Assembly: GCA_951406725.2 (NCBI GenBank) | Contig: OX597826.1 | Location: 37,944,001 to 38,008,000, forward strand | Direction: 5' to 3' | DNA length: 64,000 nt | From: Octopus vulgaris | Lineage: Eukaryota | Shown: one piece after another, positions 1 to 13,800 of the stretch | Layout of the letters: the number at the start of each line of letters is the position of its first letter | Position numbering within the stretch: the first letter of the stretch is position 1 | Notes under the pieces: generated by a model | The model's input: only the letters and a program-made list of their open reading frames with translations | What the model was told of the DNA's origin: nothing | The model's database searches: none | Translations under genes and position numbers: made by a program

Positions 1-90
<90 letters not shown>
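1..90. repeat. (TAGA)n tetranucleotide microsatellite
   Basis: Perfect TAGA repeat from the start of the window. Confidence 0.98.
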
Positions 91-91
<1 letters not shown>

Positions 92-1078
92 TGATAGGTA
101 GATACCGTTGATATCTTAAATGCGTCTAGCCAGACAGGATGAAAATTGCAAAGAAATGCAAAGAAACGAAAGACGTCTTGCAAGAATAGGAGATTATAAG
201 AATAGCAGCAATCTTTAGCGGGAACAATTGAAAGACATTAGCTGCAGAGATACGCTTCAGTGATTTCAGACAAGCAGCTTGTCACCTTGCAACATTTGTG
301 CAACAGAGACAGAAGCAGATAACGACACAAAGACTTGTAGACTGTTTCTGTTTTTAAGATTCTTCGATGTCGCCTCCACTTCCCGAAAATTCTATTTTCA
401 ATGAGCTGAAGAAAGTTGTTTCGACAATAAAGAAAAAGAAAAGAAGCAAAATCTTCAGGAATTGGTGGGTGGGGGTGGGGTGGTGAGAGGATAATGAAAG
501 TCTCTCTCTGTCTTTGAATAGAAACTTCTAGAAACGATTGCTGCAATGATTTCTTCCCAAATTCTTAAAAACTTGACATCTTACGTCTTCTTCTACCGCC
601 TCTTTTCCACCCCACCCTTCACCGACACCATTCTTTTTATTGAATGATTAAAAACCTTTTTGCGTCTCCATTTTCTCTCCTTTTTATCTTACTCTCTCTC
701 TCTCTCTCTTTCAGTCTCTCTCTCTCACCCTCTTACCCTCTTTCTTCGCCACTCACCCCTCCTACACTCCCTTCAACCACCACTTATTGGTATTTTTTTA
801 TTTCCTCTTCATTCTGCACTAAGTGTGTATTTGTGAATGTATGTATGAAAACATACATGTATACACAGAAGTAGTCATACGCAAATACACATATGTATAC
901 TTACATCTATATACACACTCACGCAGTATTAAGCACATGTGTGTATACATATATACATGCACATGTATATACATATATGAATATATATACACATACACTA
1001 ATATACATATTATATATATATATTAATATATATACATACACACACAAATATGCATATATATTAATATATATATATGCT

Positions 1079-1153
<75 letters not shown>

Positions 1154-1528
1154 ATATATATATATATGTAGATACAAGTATATATTTAAGAACTTGATTA
1201 TTACAACTATTAGTTTCACCATTTCCGGTTTTTCAGGTAGAGATTTTTATATTTTAGTTGATTGGTGGTGTAGTAATGGCGAAAACATTTTTTGCCTGCA
1301 TTGTTCAAAGTGTCTGCTTCGCGTTTCTGTTATGTATCACACGCAATATTTATATTTATTTTTAGAATTCTTCTCAGAATCGAGAAGCTTGTTTCTAACA
1401 AAGAAAGAAAACTTCATCGCTGTAAATTTCAATAACAACAAGGATAAAATATGTATGGTGAACTTTAGTAAAGTCTTGCATATTTTCATTGTTCTGCCTA
1501 TAGACCGCGTCTCAGCCGATCACTTGCG

Positions 1529-1562
<34 letters not shown>

Positions 1563-1639
1563 TGTATGTATCAATCTATCTATCTATCTATCTATCTACT
1601 CCTCTGTTTTTAATTGTCTAAATTCTTCCTCTGAAGAAG

Positions 1640-1880
1640 GAGCTGGTTTCTAGCAAAGATACAAAGTCCGTCATTAGAATGTAGATAGCAAAAACAATGT
1701 CACATTATAAACTTGAATAAAGTCTTGAATACTTTTACTGTTCCGCTTACAGATTGTATTGGTAATAGGCGAGTTAGATGTTTGATTTCTTTTTCTGAAA
1801 ACACTAACTGATCCAATTTACCACTTTGGACATTTATCACAAAACCAAGTGCACCAATTGTTATTTCTATAAATGTAAAT
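1640..1880 (-). mobile_element. 3' end fragment of an R4/Dong-like (RLE-type) non-LTR retrotransposon
   Basis: The minus strand reads FTFIEITIGALGFV...LDQLVFSEKEIKHLTRLLPIQSVSGTVKVFKTLFKF*. This matches the 'PIIIGALG...Q....GT..I' C-terminus of restriction-like-endonuclease retroelements and resembles the end of the 15.5 kb fragment (FSFVAIILGALD). Confidence 0.7.
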
Positions 1881-2159
1881 ATATTAATCTGGATATAGAA
1901 ACTGGAGGTATACATGTATGTACCTGTGTAAGTATGCATGTATATCTGTATAAATGTTTTTATAACCTTGTCGTATATCTCTGCTGTACTGAGTTCATGT
2001 CAACAGACTACCAGAGATGTGTCTATCCCAACCTTTTTTTTGTGGAGGAACAACTAGGCTTCAGTTGAGAAATTTCATATAAATAAAAAGGGGTAAAAAT
2101 ACAATCTTCACACTTCATAGTCGTAGGCTCGTTTTCATCCGAAATTGCAAAAATCTGTT

Positions 2160-2378
2160 CAGTAATCCCTCGCCATATCGCGGTTAACCTATCGCGGTTC
2201 ACCTATCGCGGTTTATTATTTAAGCTTACGCCGATTCCTCCGTGGTGTTATTTTGCATTTATAATAAAGTAAATATATACAAATTAGAAAAATAATAAGA
2301 ATAAACTCTACTTCGCGGATTTTCACCTATCGCGGGGGGTTTTAGAACGTAACACCGGCGATAGTCGAGGGATTGCTA
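2160..2378. mobile_element. Tigger/pogo-like MITE
   Basis: The left end CAGTAATCCCTCGCCATATCGC is the imperfect reverse complement of the right end GCGATAGTCGAGGGATTGCTA. The element has internal CCTATCGCGG sub-repeats and no ORF. Confidence 0.75.
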
Positions 2379-2735
2379 AATTTCTAAATGGCAACCTAAC
2401 CGTATGTATTGCTTATTTTATGTTTCTCTTCATCTATGTATTAGCGTATTATACAGAATGTATAATATATATATGTCCATGGATATACGTTCTAGGATGA
2501 AAACCTTAAAGGTTAAATATATGCGTGTATATTTATTAGATTTGTATGTATATATTTATTAAATACGTGTGTGTGTGTGTATATATTAATGGAAAAAGAC
2601 GTTAATGATAAAACGCATGCCTTCATGTTTATTAGTATATGTCTGAGTTTATTTATTTAAATATATGTGTACATAATTACAAAATATATAGCTATTAAAT
2701 ATATGTATTTAGGGGAAAACATTAACGGTTAAATA

Positions 2736-3102
2736 AGTATTCTGATCAATAAGTATCCGGAATGTTGCCATAATAACAGCTGCACGCACTTCTGCGATGT
2801 TTTCCTCAGTTCTGCTAGTTGCGGGTCTCCCAGAACGTTCATCACTAGCGACATTTTTTCGACCATCTTGGAAACGTCTGAACCACTCGTACACTTATGT
2901 TCGGCTCATACACTCCTCTCCATACACTTTCTGCAACTCTGAGCCGGTATCGCCATGACAACTTTCTCTGTCATGGTCAATGCGACGATCACACGCTACA
3001 CACCTTCCTTCCAAGCACTGTTGTAAACTGCAGAAGCTTCACTCTGCACGCTTTAGCTTCATTACTATGGCAACTGCCCGGATACTTATTGGTCAGACAT
3101 CG
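2736..3102 (-). mobile_element. Internally deleted mariner (Tc1/mariner) element with both TIRs
   Basis: TIRs are TCTGATCAATAAGTATCCGGAATGTTGCCATAATAA and TTACTATGGCAACTGCCCGGATACTTATTGGTCAGA, with TA on both flanks (2734-2735, 3103-3104). The minus strand encodes mariner HTH-region sequence LQKVYGEECMSRT*VYEWFRRFQDGRKNVASDERSGRPATSRTEENIAEV. The catalytic domain is absent. Confidence 0.9.
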
Positions 3103-3350
3103 TATATGTGTGTATATTTATTTAATATGCGTGTATGTAGTTATTAACTCTATGCTTGTACATGTATTTAGTGAAAAACCTAATAAATAAATATACGTAT
3201 AAATATCTATAAACATCTAGCTCCTCTTACGCATAACCCTTTCACACACTGTTAAATGCCATTTCTTCAGAGTTTACTCATTCAAAGATCCTCGAGCGCT
3301 ACCCAATTTATTGAATTCTATATCAAGCATCTTTTGCGCTATATATAATT

Positions 3351-3388
<38 letters not shown>

Positions 3389-3389
<1 letters not shown>

Positions 3390-3966
3390 TAGCAACTAAA
3401 CCCGGTTTCACCCGGTCGGTTTGGATGATGTGGCTGTAAAACCTGCTCTGTGTAAGCATTCGACTTTCTGGGGCACGCTTACATTCAAAAACAATTTTAG
3501 AATGACTTTTTTCTGTCAAAACGCTAAAAATAACTGACCAGCAAAACAAAAAACAGCCAAGATTCAACCAAATTGAAAAATAAACCCAAATACTAAGCGA
3601 ACAAACAGGAAACATCCCACTTCCATTGTGCGTGCACACGCACACACATACAAACACACACACGCGCACACACATGCATTCTCATACCCCCGTTTGATTT
3701 TATCAGCGTACAATTTTCATCATCCCACTACCAAGTATGACATCACCCCTTCCTTCCTTATTCATCTATCACCCTTTCCTTTCTCATTCTGAAGCACAGG
3801 AGTATTATCTCGGTAACCATGGGAGTTATTAAAAAAATACAAAGCCCAGCAACACCACCGGACCATTCCACACATCTGTGTAATTTTTCGCGCAATTCCA
3901 CCCAGCCGTTTGACCGTGAATCCCAAGACAAGAAAGAATCGTCCATGTCAAATTTACATGTATAGA
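3389..3966 (-). mobile_element. Non-autonomous Helitron
   Basis: On the minus strand it starts A|TCTATAC and ends GCTAG|T (5' TC, 3' CTAG, inserted between A and T). An imperfect GC-rich hairpin ACCGGGTGAAACCGGGT lies just upstream of the CTAG. Confidence 0.7.
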
Positions 3967-5324
3967 TATTACGATCTATACGATATTAGATGGATATATT
4001 AAGATACATATACATACATGTGTGTGTGTGTGTGTGTATGTGTGTGTGTGTGTTTGTTGAGGCGTTGTAATACCAAAATGGAACCATATTAAAGCATTCA
4101 TATATAAACAGAATGAACACTTCCAAACATAAATTATTATGTGGAAGATATATATCAATAATCCTTCATTGTGTGTTCGTGGTTTTAAATACTTGCCTAT
4201 ATCAATGTGTTGCACTCGAATGAAGTGCAGTGACGATGCTGGAATATCATTCCCTTTGTTTACGATCGATGTACCAAGAGATAGTTTATTGTCTTGGCAT
4301 GTATACAGAAGAAATAACAAGGAACACTGATATAATAATATCTAAATAAACACGCTTATGTATAAATGCATTTAATTCTGAACAATGGAAACGAGTAAAC
4401 AGACCTGCAGAAATGTAGTCGTTTAAATTATTATATAAAACAAATATAAGGTGTTGATATATATTAGCATAAATTAGGTTCGATTTCTCAACAGACAATC
4501 CGTTGTCTTAAAGAAAAAACAAACGTGAAGGATAAAAATATTTTAGCCTTATTATTGTTGCAATTAACATAGAAATTTAGTCATCACTTAAAGAATCGCA
4601 GGTGTTGAAACTCTCAATTGTACAATGATGGAATGGATATCAGACTATATATTGTTTGCATAGATTTTTCTTTTGCTTAAATTGTGTGCATGTGTGTGAG
4701 TGTGTGCGTGTGTTTGTGTGTGTGTGCGTGTGTCTGTGTGTCTGTGTGTCTCTGTTTGTGTGTGTGTGCGTGTGTGTGAAGCAGAAAGATGGAGAAACAG
4801 TTGTAAGTATAAAAATTGCATTTATAAGATGTTACATACATTTACAGGATGTGAATATATCTTTACAGCTGTTTCAAGTATGCAGTGAATGGTTGATATT
4901 ATAATGCATATTACAGAAACAGGTGTACATTATGATGTGATAATAATAAACATTAGGAGGACGAGAAATGTCAAGAGGTGGGAATAATATGATTAGTTAC
5001 CGGATAGAGTTGAATACTATCCCTCTACCTGACACAAGCACACATACACAAACAAACAAACGCGCATCCACGTGGATTTATACATGAATAAGAAATAGTA
5101 GAAATATTAATTACAGATTTGAGGAAAAACGTAAACATACAGATACACGTAAAAATACACTCACCCAAACATATATTGACACATCCATACACAGATATGC
5201 AAATGCATAATATCAGCAGAAGCACCTTAAACATAGACATACATGCATGTGCATAGCCGTCACTCGCAAGCGAGTATGACCAGGGTTCTTCGTACCTCGA
5301 TTTCATTGTTTTAAGTGTCTATAT

Positions 5325-5494
5325 AGCTGTGAGCGGGCTTAGAGATTATTTCGGCCTTTCTTCCTAGGAGCCGGCAGAACATCACGGATGTGTCAACTGG
5401 ACGGTATTTTTAGTTGAAATTAACATATCAAGGACAAAATATTCTGCGTTGTCCAAGATTCGAACTCACGACTATGTGATCGGGAGTCCAACCC
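5325..5494 (-). mobile_element. tRNA-derived SINE fragment
   Basis: Minus-strand B-box GAGTTCGAATC (plus GATTCGAACTC, about 5457-5467) in a tRNA-like context; the 5' end is interrupted. Confidence 0.5.
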
Positions 5495-5976
5495 GTTACC
5501 TTGCTGGCAAGCTATCTTCCCGCTCACCCCTCCCCTCTCGTTAGGTCAAGTAAAAGCGACCTTAGTCACTCGTTCTATAACTGGTAGCTAGTTTCTGCCA
5601 TTACAAAAACCACTCCACCGTCTACTAATGTCGGTCGGTTCCCAGCCTATGTCCTTTATCACTCTCTCACCCATTGGCCTGTACCCCACGTGTGTTTATA
5701 TTTCGTTGCTGCCAGTCTCGTGCTTGTATTTCCTCTGCAACTCTATCACGATGCTGACCCTATAAGCTGCATCTACCGGTTGAACTATAGTGTGACGTCA
5801 TGTATTGCTCTATACTGAAACATGTCACCGTTGAAATAAAGAGACACTAAGTCAATGCTTGTCTTCTTTTTCCCTTGATATTGTTGTGCTTTTTCTATTA
5901 CGTCATAGCCTCCCCGCCTTCTCTCGATGTGTGTTCAAGTGACAGCGGGGGAGGCAGGGAGTTAACGCGATTAACA
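5494..5976 (+). mobile_element. Possible solo LTR
   Basis: About 480 bp block, richer in GC than its surroundings, starting (C)GTTA and ending TTAACA. It has a TATA-like CTATAAG at 5760 and AATAAA at 5835, and it abuts a truncated SINE head. No target-site duplication seen. Confidence 0.3.
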
Positions 5977-6037
5977 TTACAGCCGGAACCTGGATGGTTT
6001 AATTGTCGCGCGTCGAACACATCCAGTCATACCTACT

Positions 6038-6095
<58 letters not shown>

Positions 6096-6579
6096 CACAT
6101 ACTCACACACATACATGTACACGCATGTGCGTGGTGTGTGTATGTGTGTACATACATAGATGTAATTACTTAGTCATTAGTATCAAAGTATTTTCTCATC
6201 CACCCCTGATCTGTTCACTGATCTCTATGGCATCTGTCTACATTTCAAAGTGTGTCTTCTTAGTTTTGCGTAAAGCTTATGTTTTGATACGTTTGTGTGT
6301 GTGTTTTTCTCTATTGTAAGATGAGTGTGCGTGTAAATTCTCTTATGTTTGTATATGTGTATTTCTCTATCAGAAGATGTGTGTGTACCTTCTTTTGAGT
6401 TTGTGTATATGTTTTTCTCAGTTTAAAGGATGAGCCTAAGTTCTCTTATGTTTGTGTGTGTGTTCCTTGTTTCTCTAGTATACTTTCTACTACGTTTATG
6501 TACGTGTTTTTCTCTTCTGTAAAATGTGTGTGTGTATGGAGGCATATTACTTATATACGTGATTCTCTCTGTTATAAGA

Positions 6580-6621
<42 letters not shown>

Positions 6622-7259
6622 GCATACATACATGCATACATACATGCATGCATACATACATATATACATACATACGTACATACAATATTGGTGATGTAGG
6701 TGGTTAGATGTGTTGGTGCCGTGTGACTGCGTGTCGGTAGCGGTGATGGTTGTGTTTGTGATAGTAGTTGTGATGGAAAGTGCTGATTGGTATAGGTAGG
6801 AGCGCTAGTAGTGGTGTTAGTTGTGGTGCTGGCGGCCGTAACGCTGATGGCGGTGACGGCGATGGTAGAGGTAGTGGTAGTGGTGATGACGACAGTGGTG
6901 TTGGTGTCGGTTGTGGTGGTGATAGTCGTGTCGGTGTGTTAGTAGTGGTGGCAGCGGTGGTGGTGGTGGTGGTGGTGGTGGAGAGGATGATGAAGATGGT
7001 CGTGGAGTGTGACTTGCTGAACTTGATAGTGGTAGCTGAGTGTAGCTCTGTGTGTGTGTGTTGATGGTGATAGTGGAGTATGGCTGTGAGTAGAGTGTGG
7101 GTAGTGGAGTGTGAGTGTGAACGTTAGTAAATAGAGCAGAGTACGAGATTGTAAGTTAGTAGCGGAGTGTGACTCTGCGTGTTTGTAAAGTAATTATTGC
7201 TAGGTACATTGGTAGTGAGTCTGTGTGTCTATACGTGTGTGCATGCTAATGAGTGTGTG

Positions 7260-7260
<1 letters not shown>

Positions 7261-7353
<93 letters not shown>
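7261..7353. repeat. (TG)n microsatellite
   Basis: Long perfect TG run. Confidence 0.95.
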
Positions 7354-7358
<5 letters not shown>

Positions 7359-7624
7359 CGTGCGTGTGTGTGTCTATTTGTTACTTTTAGTCTTACATGT
7401 TCTGCAGCAGCAGACAATTAGCAACAATAAGAAGAAAGAAAAAAAAACAAACGTAACACAAATCGATAATCAAAATCAATAATCATAATATTGATATGTT
7501 TGAAGCTCGAATATTCTTCAAGTAAGGAATATTGGTGAAACATAGCAAGAAATATAGAAATAACAAACATGACAGCTTTCGAAAGGACAGAGAATGATAA
7601 ACATGAACAGCTTACAAACACAAA

Positions 7625-7770
7625 CTCATGGCTATGTTAGTAAAATGTGTCGCTTAGCAATCACGTGAACCCGAGTTCGGTCCCACAGCATGGTAAATTG
7701 GGAAATGGTTTGTACCATAGGCTTGTGTTGACTGTGACATTTGAAATGGAATTTGGTAAGCGAGAAGAGT
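7625..7770 (+). mobile_element. Degenerate copy of SINE family B
   Basis: GAGTTCGGTCCCACAGCATGG...GGAATTTGGTA aligns loosely with the head and body of the 58228 copy. Confidence 0.5.
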
Positions 7771-8099
7771 ACCACACACATACACACACACACACGCACC
7801 CACACACAGGCACATAGAGATATCTTACATGTTTCTCCTACGTATACACCTTTGTAATTCTTATCAGCAAATGATACATAAGTAATGGGGAATAAATAAC
7901 ACCACAAAGTTTACTTCCAGTCTCCTGTTTTGATATGCAGTTACTCTACCAATATATATTCCGTTCTTTTATTTTTAACTCTTTATGCCTACCTCATACA
8001 AACATAACATCTGCACACCACTTTGGAGAACTGGAATAAGCAGATGTACTTGAAGAGAACACAGCTTTGATTATAACCCTGTCTACATTATATGTGTGT

Positions 8100-8553
<454 letters not shown>

Positions 8554-9075
8554 CTGGAGATTTTATCTAATACGAGCTTCACTAATATTAGTTATTCTTG
8601 TAGATACGGTATGAGCTTGAGGTAGTTTAGGCTGCTGCTTCTAACAAACCGACACCAAACAGACTCTCTCACTGGATCAAAGTGGTAGGGTTGTAATTTA
8701 GCCCTAGGTTAGAACTGATCGCTCACATTGATGGTCAAACCTGATCCGTCATGACCAACACGTCCTTTTTGGATAGAGTACATGATATACAACCATTTTC
8801 TCCGTAATTAGAAAGTAATTTAGCTGCTATCTCTACTAGATCGTGCAAATATTTAGGGATTCTCTCGATGGATCGAGGCGGCGGCATTGGTAGAAATGAA
8901 TGCGAGATTAGCACATGAATTACCACACTATATCTCCACACTACATTACCATACAAAATTGCCACATGTTTATTATCACACAGTATTACAACACTGTAAT
9001 ACCAGAAGAAAAACCACACTATATTTCCACACTAAATTTCCATTCTACATTACTACACTATATTTCCACACAATA

Positions 9076-9249
9076 TTGGTTTCAGATATTAGCACAAGGC
9101 CAGTGCCCAACTCGTACGTGATTTATCGACCCCGAAAGGATGAAAGGCAAAGTTGACCTCGGCGAAATTTGAACTCAGAACATAAAGACGGATGAAATGC
9201 CGCTAAGCATTTTACCCGGCGTGCTAACGAATTCTGCCAGCTCGACACC
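9076..9249 (-). mobile_element. tRNA-derived SINE family A
   Basis: Reverse complement of the family A head and core (TTTATCGACCCCGAAAGGATGAAAGGCAAAGTTGACCTCGGCGAAATTTGAACTCAGAAC). Confidence 0.9.
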
Positions 9250-9344
9250 GTAATTTCTACACAATATTACCACAGGATTACCACACTATAATACCACTGT
9301 ATTTCTTCAGTCTATTTCCACCTTGTATTTCCACACTATAAACT

Positions 9345-9668
9345 GGAACCCCCGTCGGTGATGACGACGAGTATTCCAATTGATCCGATAAATGGATCAT
9401 CCTGCTCGTGAGATTAACGTGAAAGTGACTGAGCATTCTACAAACATGCGTACCCTTAAAGTAGTTCTCAGGGAGATTCAGCGTGACACAGGGTGTGACA
9501 AGGCTGGCCGCTCGAATTACAGGTACTATTCATTTTAGCCAGCTGAGTGAACTGCAACAACGTGGAATAAAGTATCCTGCTCAACGACACAATGCACCGC
9601 CGGGAATTGAAATCAAGTCCTTACGATCGTAAACCGTATATCCTAACCACTAAACCGTGCTCCTTCCA
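9345..9668 (-). mobile_element. tRNA-derived SINE (family C 3' body with a CORE-like middle)
   Basis: 9345-9525 aligns with 57548-57731. 9528-9600 aligns with 59870-59940. A tRNA-like head lies at the right end. Confidence 0.85.
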
Positions 9669-10532
9669 TACTATGTTAGCAAACTAAATTACCCACCTCT
9701 GAATTTCGACACTATTTTACCACACTGTATTCTGTTTTCATTTGATATTCTGTGTTGAAATCTTACTGGAACCAACTTTAACTTCCATTTGTGCTTGTTG
9801 GTGGTGGTGGTGGTGGTGATATCGGTGATGGCAGCGGCAGCAGCGTTGGCGGCGGCGGTGATAGTGGTTGCGGTGGTGTATAAGTAAATAATTTTAGCAA
9901 GTAAACTGGTTCCAGTTTCATTGACAGTATCTAATCTCTTAGAGAAGCTGCCTTTGTGTAATGTCCAAAGGAATCACTACCACCATAATCCCCATCACCA
10001 CCACCGTCATCCTCATCCTCACCACCACCCCCACCATCATCATCACCACCACCACCACTATCACCACAACCACCATCATCATTGTGTTGTTATTGTTGTA
10101 TCTATTATTTGCATATTGTTACTGTAATTTAATTAATATGCTTTAATTGTTAGAGTTTAATAATTACATACTACTCGAGCTAAGGATGCACTCCACATTT
10201 CATTGTATGTTTTCAATATAATGACATGGAACCGAAACGAATAAAAGTTTACAAGAATAGAAAGTAGAATTGGTAAGTTTGGTGATTGTTAGAAATAGCA
10301 GCAATTAGATTGGAAATAAACTGTGAAAGACATCGGTCTGAAGATTGGTTGAGCCAAAGGATTAATTGAAGCAATAACGTGTCACAACGATCTTTTCATC
10401 ACACCACAGACGTCGACCTAAATGCTGAATGCTTTTTGCATCTCTCACTCTCTAAATAAACAGATTTAATTAGCAGCTTTGTCGATCATTTTTTTCTTTT
10501 AAATTTTCTTGACGTACTTACATACACAGCTT

Positions 10533-10622
<90 letters not shown>

Positions 10623-10965
10623 CTGCTAATACTACTACTACTACACGTACTTGCACTATTAACATACAGATGATATTTTCTATGTAACATAGAATACTGG
10701 AGATATTCGTTGTAGAGGTTCCTATTGACATGGAGAGGCGGAGGCGAAGGTGGTGGTGGTGGTGGTGGTGGTGGTGGTGGTAGCGGAGTGTTGGTGATGT
10801 TGATGATGATGATAATGGTAAGTAAGATAGTGACAATGATGATGGTTACGATGATGGTGGTACTGCAGATCGTGATGGTGATGACGATGATGAAGAAGAA
10901 GAAGAAGAAGAAGAAGAAGAAGAAGAAGAAGAAGAAGAAGAAGAAGAAGAAGAAGAAGAAGAAGA
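10533..10965. repeat. Compound trinucleotide microsatellites (CTA)n(CTG)n, (GGT)n, (GAT)n, (AAG)n
   Basis: Direct inspection. Confidence 0.9.
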
Positions 10966-11521
10966 AAAGGAGGAAGGGAGGAGAAGGCAGAGGAGAAGGC
11001 AGAGGAGAAGGCAGAGAGTGGTGTTAATCGTACATACTGGAAAGGAATACGACTCTTGGGATTTGATCACAGAACGTCAGTCAAGCAACATCATTTCTTT
11101 ATATATTTACAATATCAATAACTTAGTCTGTATTTTGTATGTGTGAGTTTTGTGTGTATAAACACGAGTGTATATATAAGAGCATGAGCGTGTGTTTTTG
11201 ATTCTAATTAACAAGAAATATTGGATGAACGACGAGAAAGATAGTAAAAAAAGTGATGGAAGTAAGGACAAATGATATGCATGAATTTCTAAATCACATT
11301 CATACAAAATGCTATTTATGTATGCGCGTGTGCGTGTTGTGTATGTGTATATAAATGTATGTATGTATGTTTATGTATATAAATATAAATATATTTACAT
11401 ACATGTGCATATATATATGTGCGTATGTGTGTATGTGTATATATACATATATATATATATACATATATATATATACAAATATACATATATACATATATAT
11501 ATATGTATATATATATATGTG

Positions 11522-11555
<34 letters not shown>

Positions 11556-11647
11556 TAATTCTTATCTTTCGTATTTTCATTACAAACCAATTCTACAAGT
11601 CAACACCAATATTTTACATTTCATATCCTTCAAACATAAGATAAGCC

Positions 11648-11682
<35 letters not shown>

Positions 11683-12618
11683 CGACGACGACGACGACCA
11701 TCATGATGATGACGATGATGATGGTGACGATGATTTCTATTATTGGCCTGAAATTTAATTTAAGAAAGTAAGAAATACAAATGTAGGTGATACAAAATTT
11801 GAAAATATTTTCCCTGGTGATATCTAATTTTAAAACCATGCTGACAGTTACTTAAAATGCTTTATTACTCTTATTTTTATTATTAGTAATATAATAATAA
11901 TAATTATTATTATTATTATTATTATTTTTATTACTATTATCATCATTTTCATTATCATCATCAACATCGTCATCGTCATCATCATCATCACCCTGCAACG
12001 AGGACGAAATCATTACTGATGAAAATACGAAACTGAAAAAAGAAGGACAATCACTACAGATAGACGTAACACAACGAATAGTGCGTCGAACAATTTCTTC
12101 TAAAAGTCAATGAAGTCTCACCTCGAGAAAATTACAGATAAAGGGCAGAATGAAGATGAACGACGATTCACAGCTTTTGGAAAATTAAACAGTTTGTTAA
12201 TAGCTAAACAAAAATAATATTCTAGATCAGAATATAATTTACATGAGAAACTTAGACACATCGGACTCCAAAATAGAATATATATCTGTACCTTTCAGCA
12301 CCAAATGTCTCCATTATTTATACCTTTCAACACTAAATCTCTCCAAACAGGCTTACTGGTGCATTCGGTTGCACTCAAAAGCAACACAATTTGAAAAATT
12401 GGTTAGGTGAAGTAGTGTTCTTGTTTCAATATAAACAGTAATCTTTCTAGTCACCTTTCTTAAAATTATAACTTCTTTTAATTATTGAGAGTTTAACTGT
12501 ACGTTTTAAATGTAAATATATATATGCTTACACATATGAATGTGTGTGTGTGCTGTTTAGGAGCAGACCTATTCAAAGGCGTTCTTGCCATGACCGTCGC
12601 AATTTTATTTCACATATG

Positions 12619-12738
12619 TCATCATCATCATTGTTCGACCGTGGTCGAGACAATGGAATTTACCATGCTACGCCAGACTTCACGGTCCATCATGGCATTA
12701 CGGAGGTCCTGTTGCTGGATGCCTGTATCCCTGGAGAT
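12619..12738 (-). mobile_element. Severely 5'-truncated RTE-like LINE 3' end
   Basis: The minus strand reads ISRDTGIQQQDLRNAMMDREVWRSMVNSIVSTTVEQ* (DRxxWR motif) followed by a (TGA)n tail. It is nearly identical to 63807-63918. ATATGT on both sides is a possible TSD. Confidence 0.8.
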
Positions 12739-12879
12739 ATGTGGATATCTAGGAATACACTGTCCAAGATCACATATGTGGATCTTGGAATACACTGTCC
12801 AATGTGTTTTGTACCTTGTTTAATTTTGTAGAGTACGGTTTGGGGGAAATTTGGCTGCTATCTTTACCAATGTAAATAT

Positions 12880-13072
12880 CATCATTTTTATTACCACTAT
12901 CATCATCATCCTTATCACCAATTTTACCATCATTAAAAACACCACCGCATTCATTACCACCACCACCACCACCATCACAGTAACCCTCATCGCAAGCACC
13001 ACCCCGACATCATTACCATGTTCAACAGCACCACATGGAGTATTAATACTACTACTACTACTACTACTACTA

Positions 13073-13107
<35 letters not shown>

Positions 13108-13800
13108 GTCGCTGCTGCTGCTGCTACTACTACTACTACTCCGTCAACACTTTTATCGCCGCCCGCACTGGTATCATTAGTATCACTGGCATCATCATCA
13201 TCATCACTACCACAACCATCTGCACTGTCATCACCTCCATTATTAGCAGCAGCAGCTTAATACCATCATCATCATCATTATCGTCGTTACCATCACCACC
13301 ACCGCAGCCACCACAATCATCATCACTATAACCACTACCACCATCACCACCTAATCCACCATCACCACCACCACCACCACCACCATCACCACCACCACCA
13401 CCACCATCACCACCACCATCAACACCATCACCAACAGCAGCTTGCACTACTATCACCACCACCATCAACACCATCACCAACAGCAGCTTGATACTTTCAT
13501 CATCATTATCGTCGTTACGATCACCACCATCGCAACCACCACAATCATAATCACCACCACCACCACCACCACCACCACTTTCACCGCCACCATCATCACA
13601 ACCACCACCGTCACCATCATCATCACCACCGCCACCACTACCACCATCACCACCATCACCATCACCACCACCTCAACCACAATCATCATCACTACCACTA
13701 CCACCATCATCGCCGCCACCCACTCCCAACACCACTACCATCACCACCACCACCATCACTACCACCAACACCACAATCATCATCACCATCGCCACCACAA
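12880..13800. repeat. Low-complexity (ACC/ATC/ACT)n tract
   Basis: Degenerate trinucleotide repeats; the ORFs here are poly-T/I/H artefacts. Confidence 0.9.

Larger units (their letters stand above)
8915..9735. repeat. Degenerate minisatellite, unit about 14 bp (TACCACACTATATT), interrupted by two SINEs
   Basis: Recurrent TTACCACACTAT/TTTCCACACTA units before, between and after the SINEs at 9076 and 9345. Confidence 0.7.

Noticed and set aside
110-560. Unique sequence with a 102-aa minus-strand ORF, possibly a UTR exon
   Set aside because: No recognisable protein motif, a non-ATG start and only a weak splice signal.
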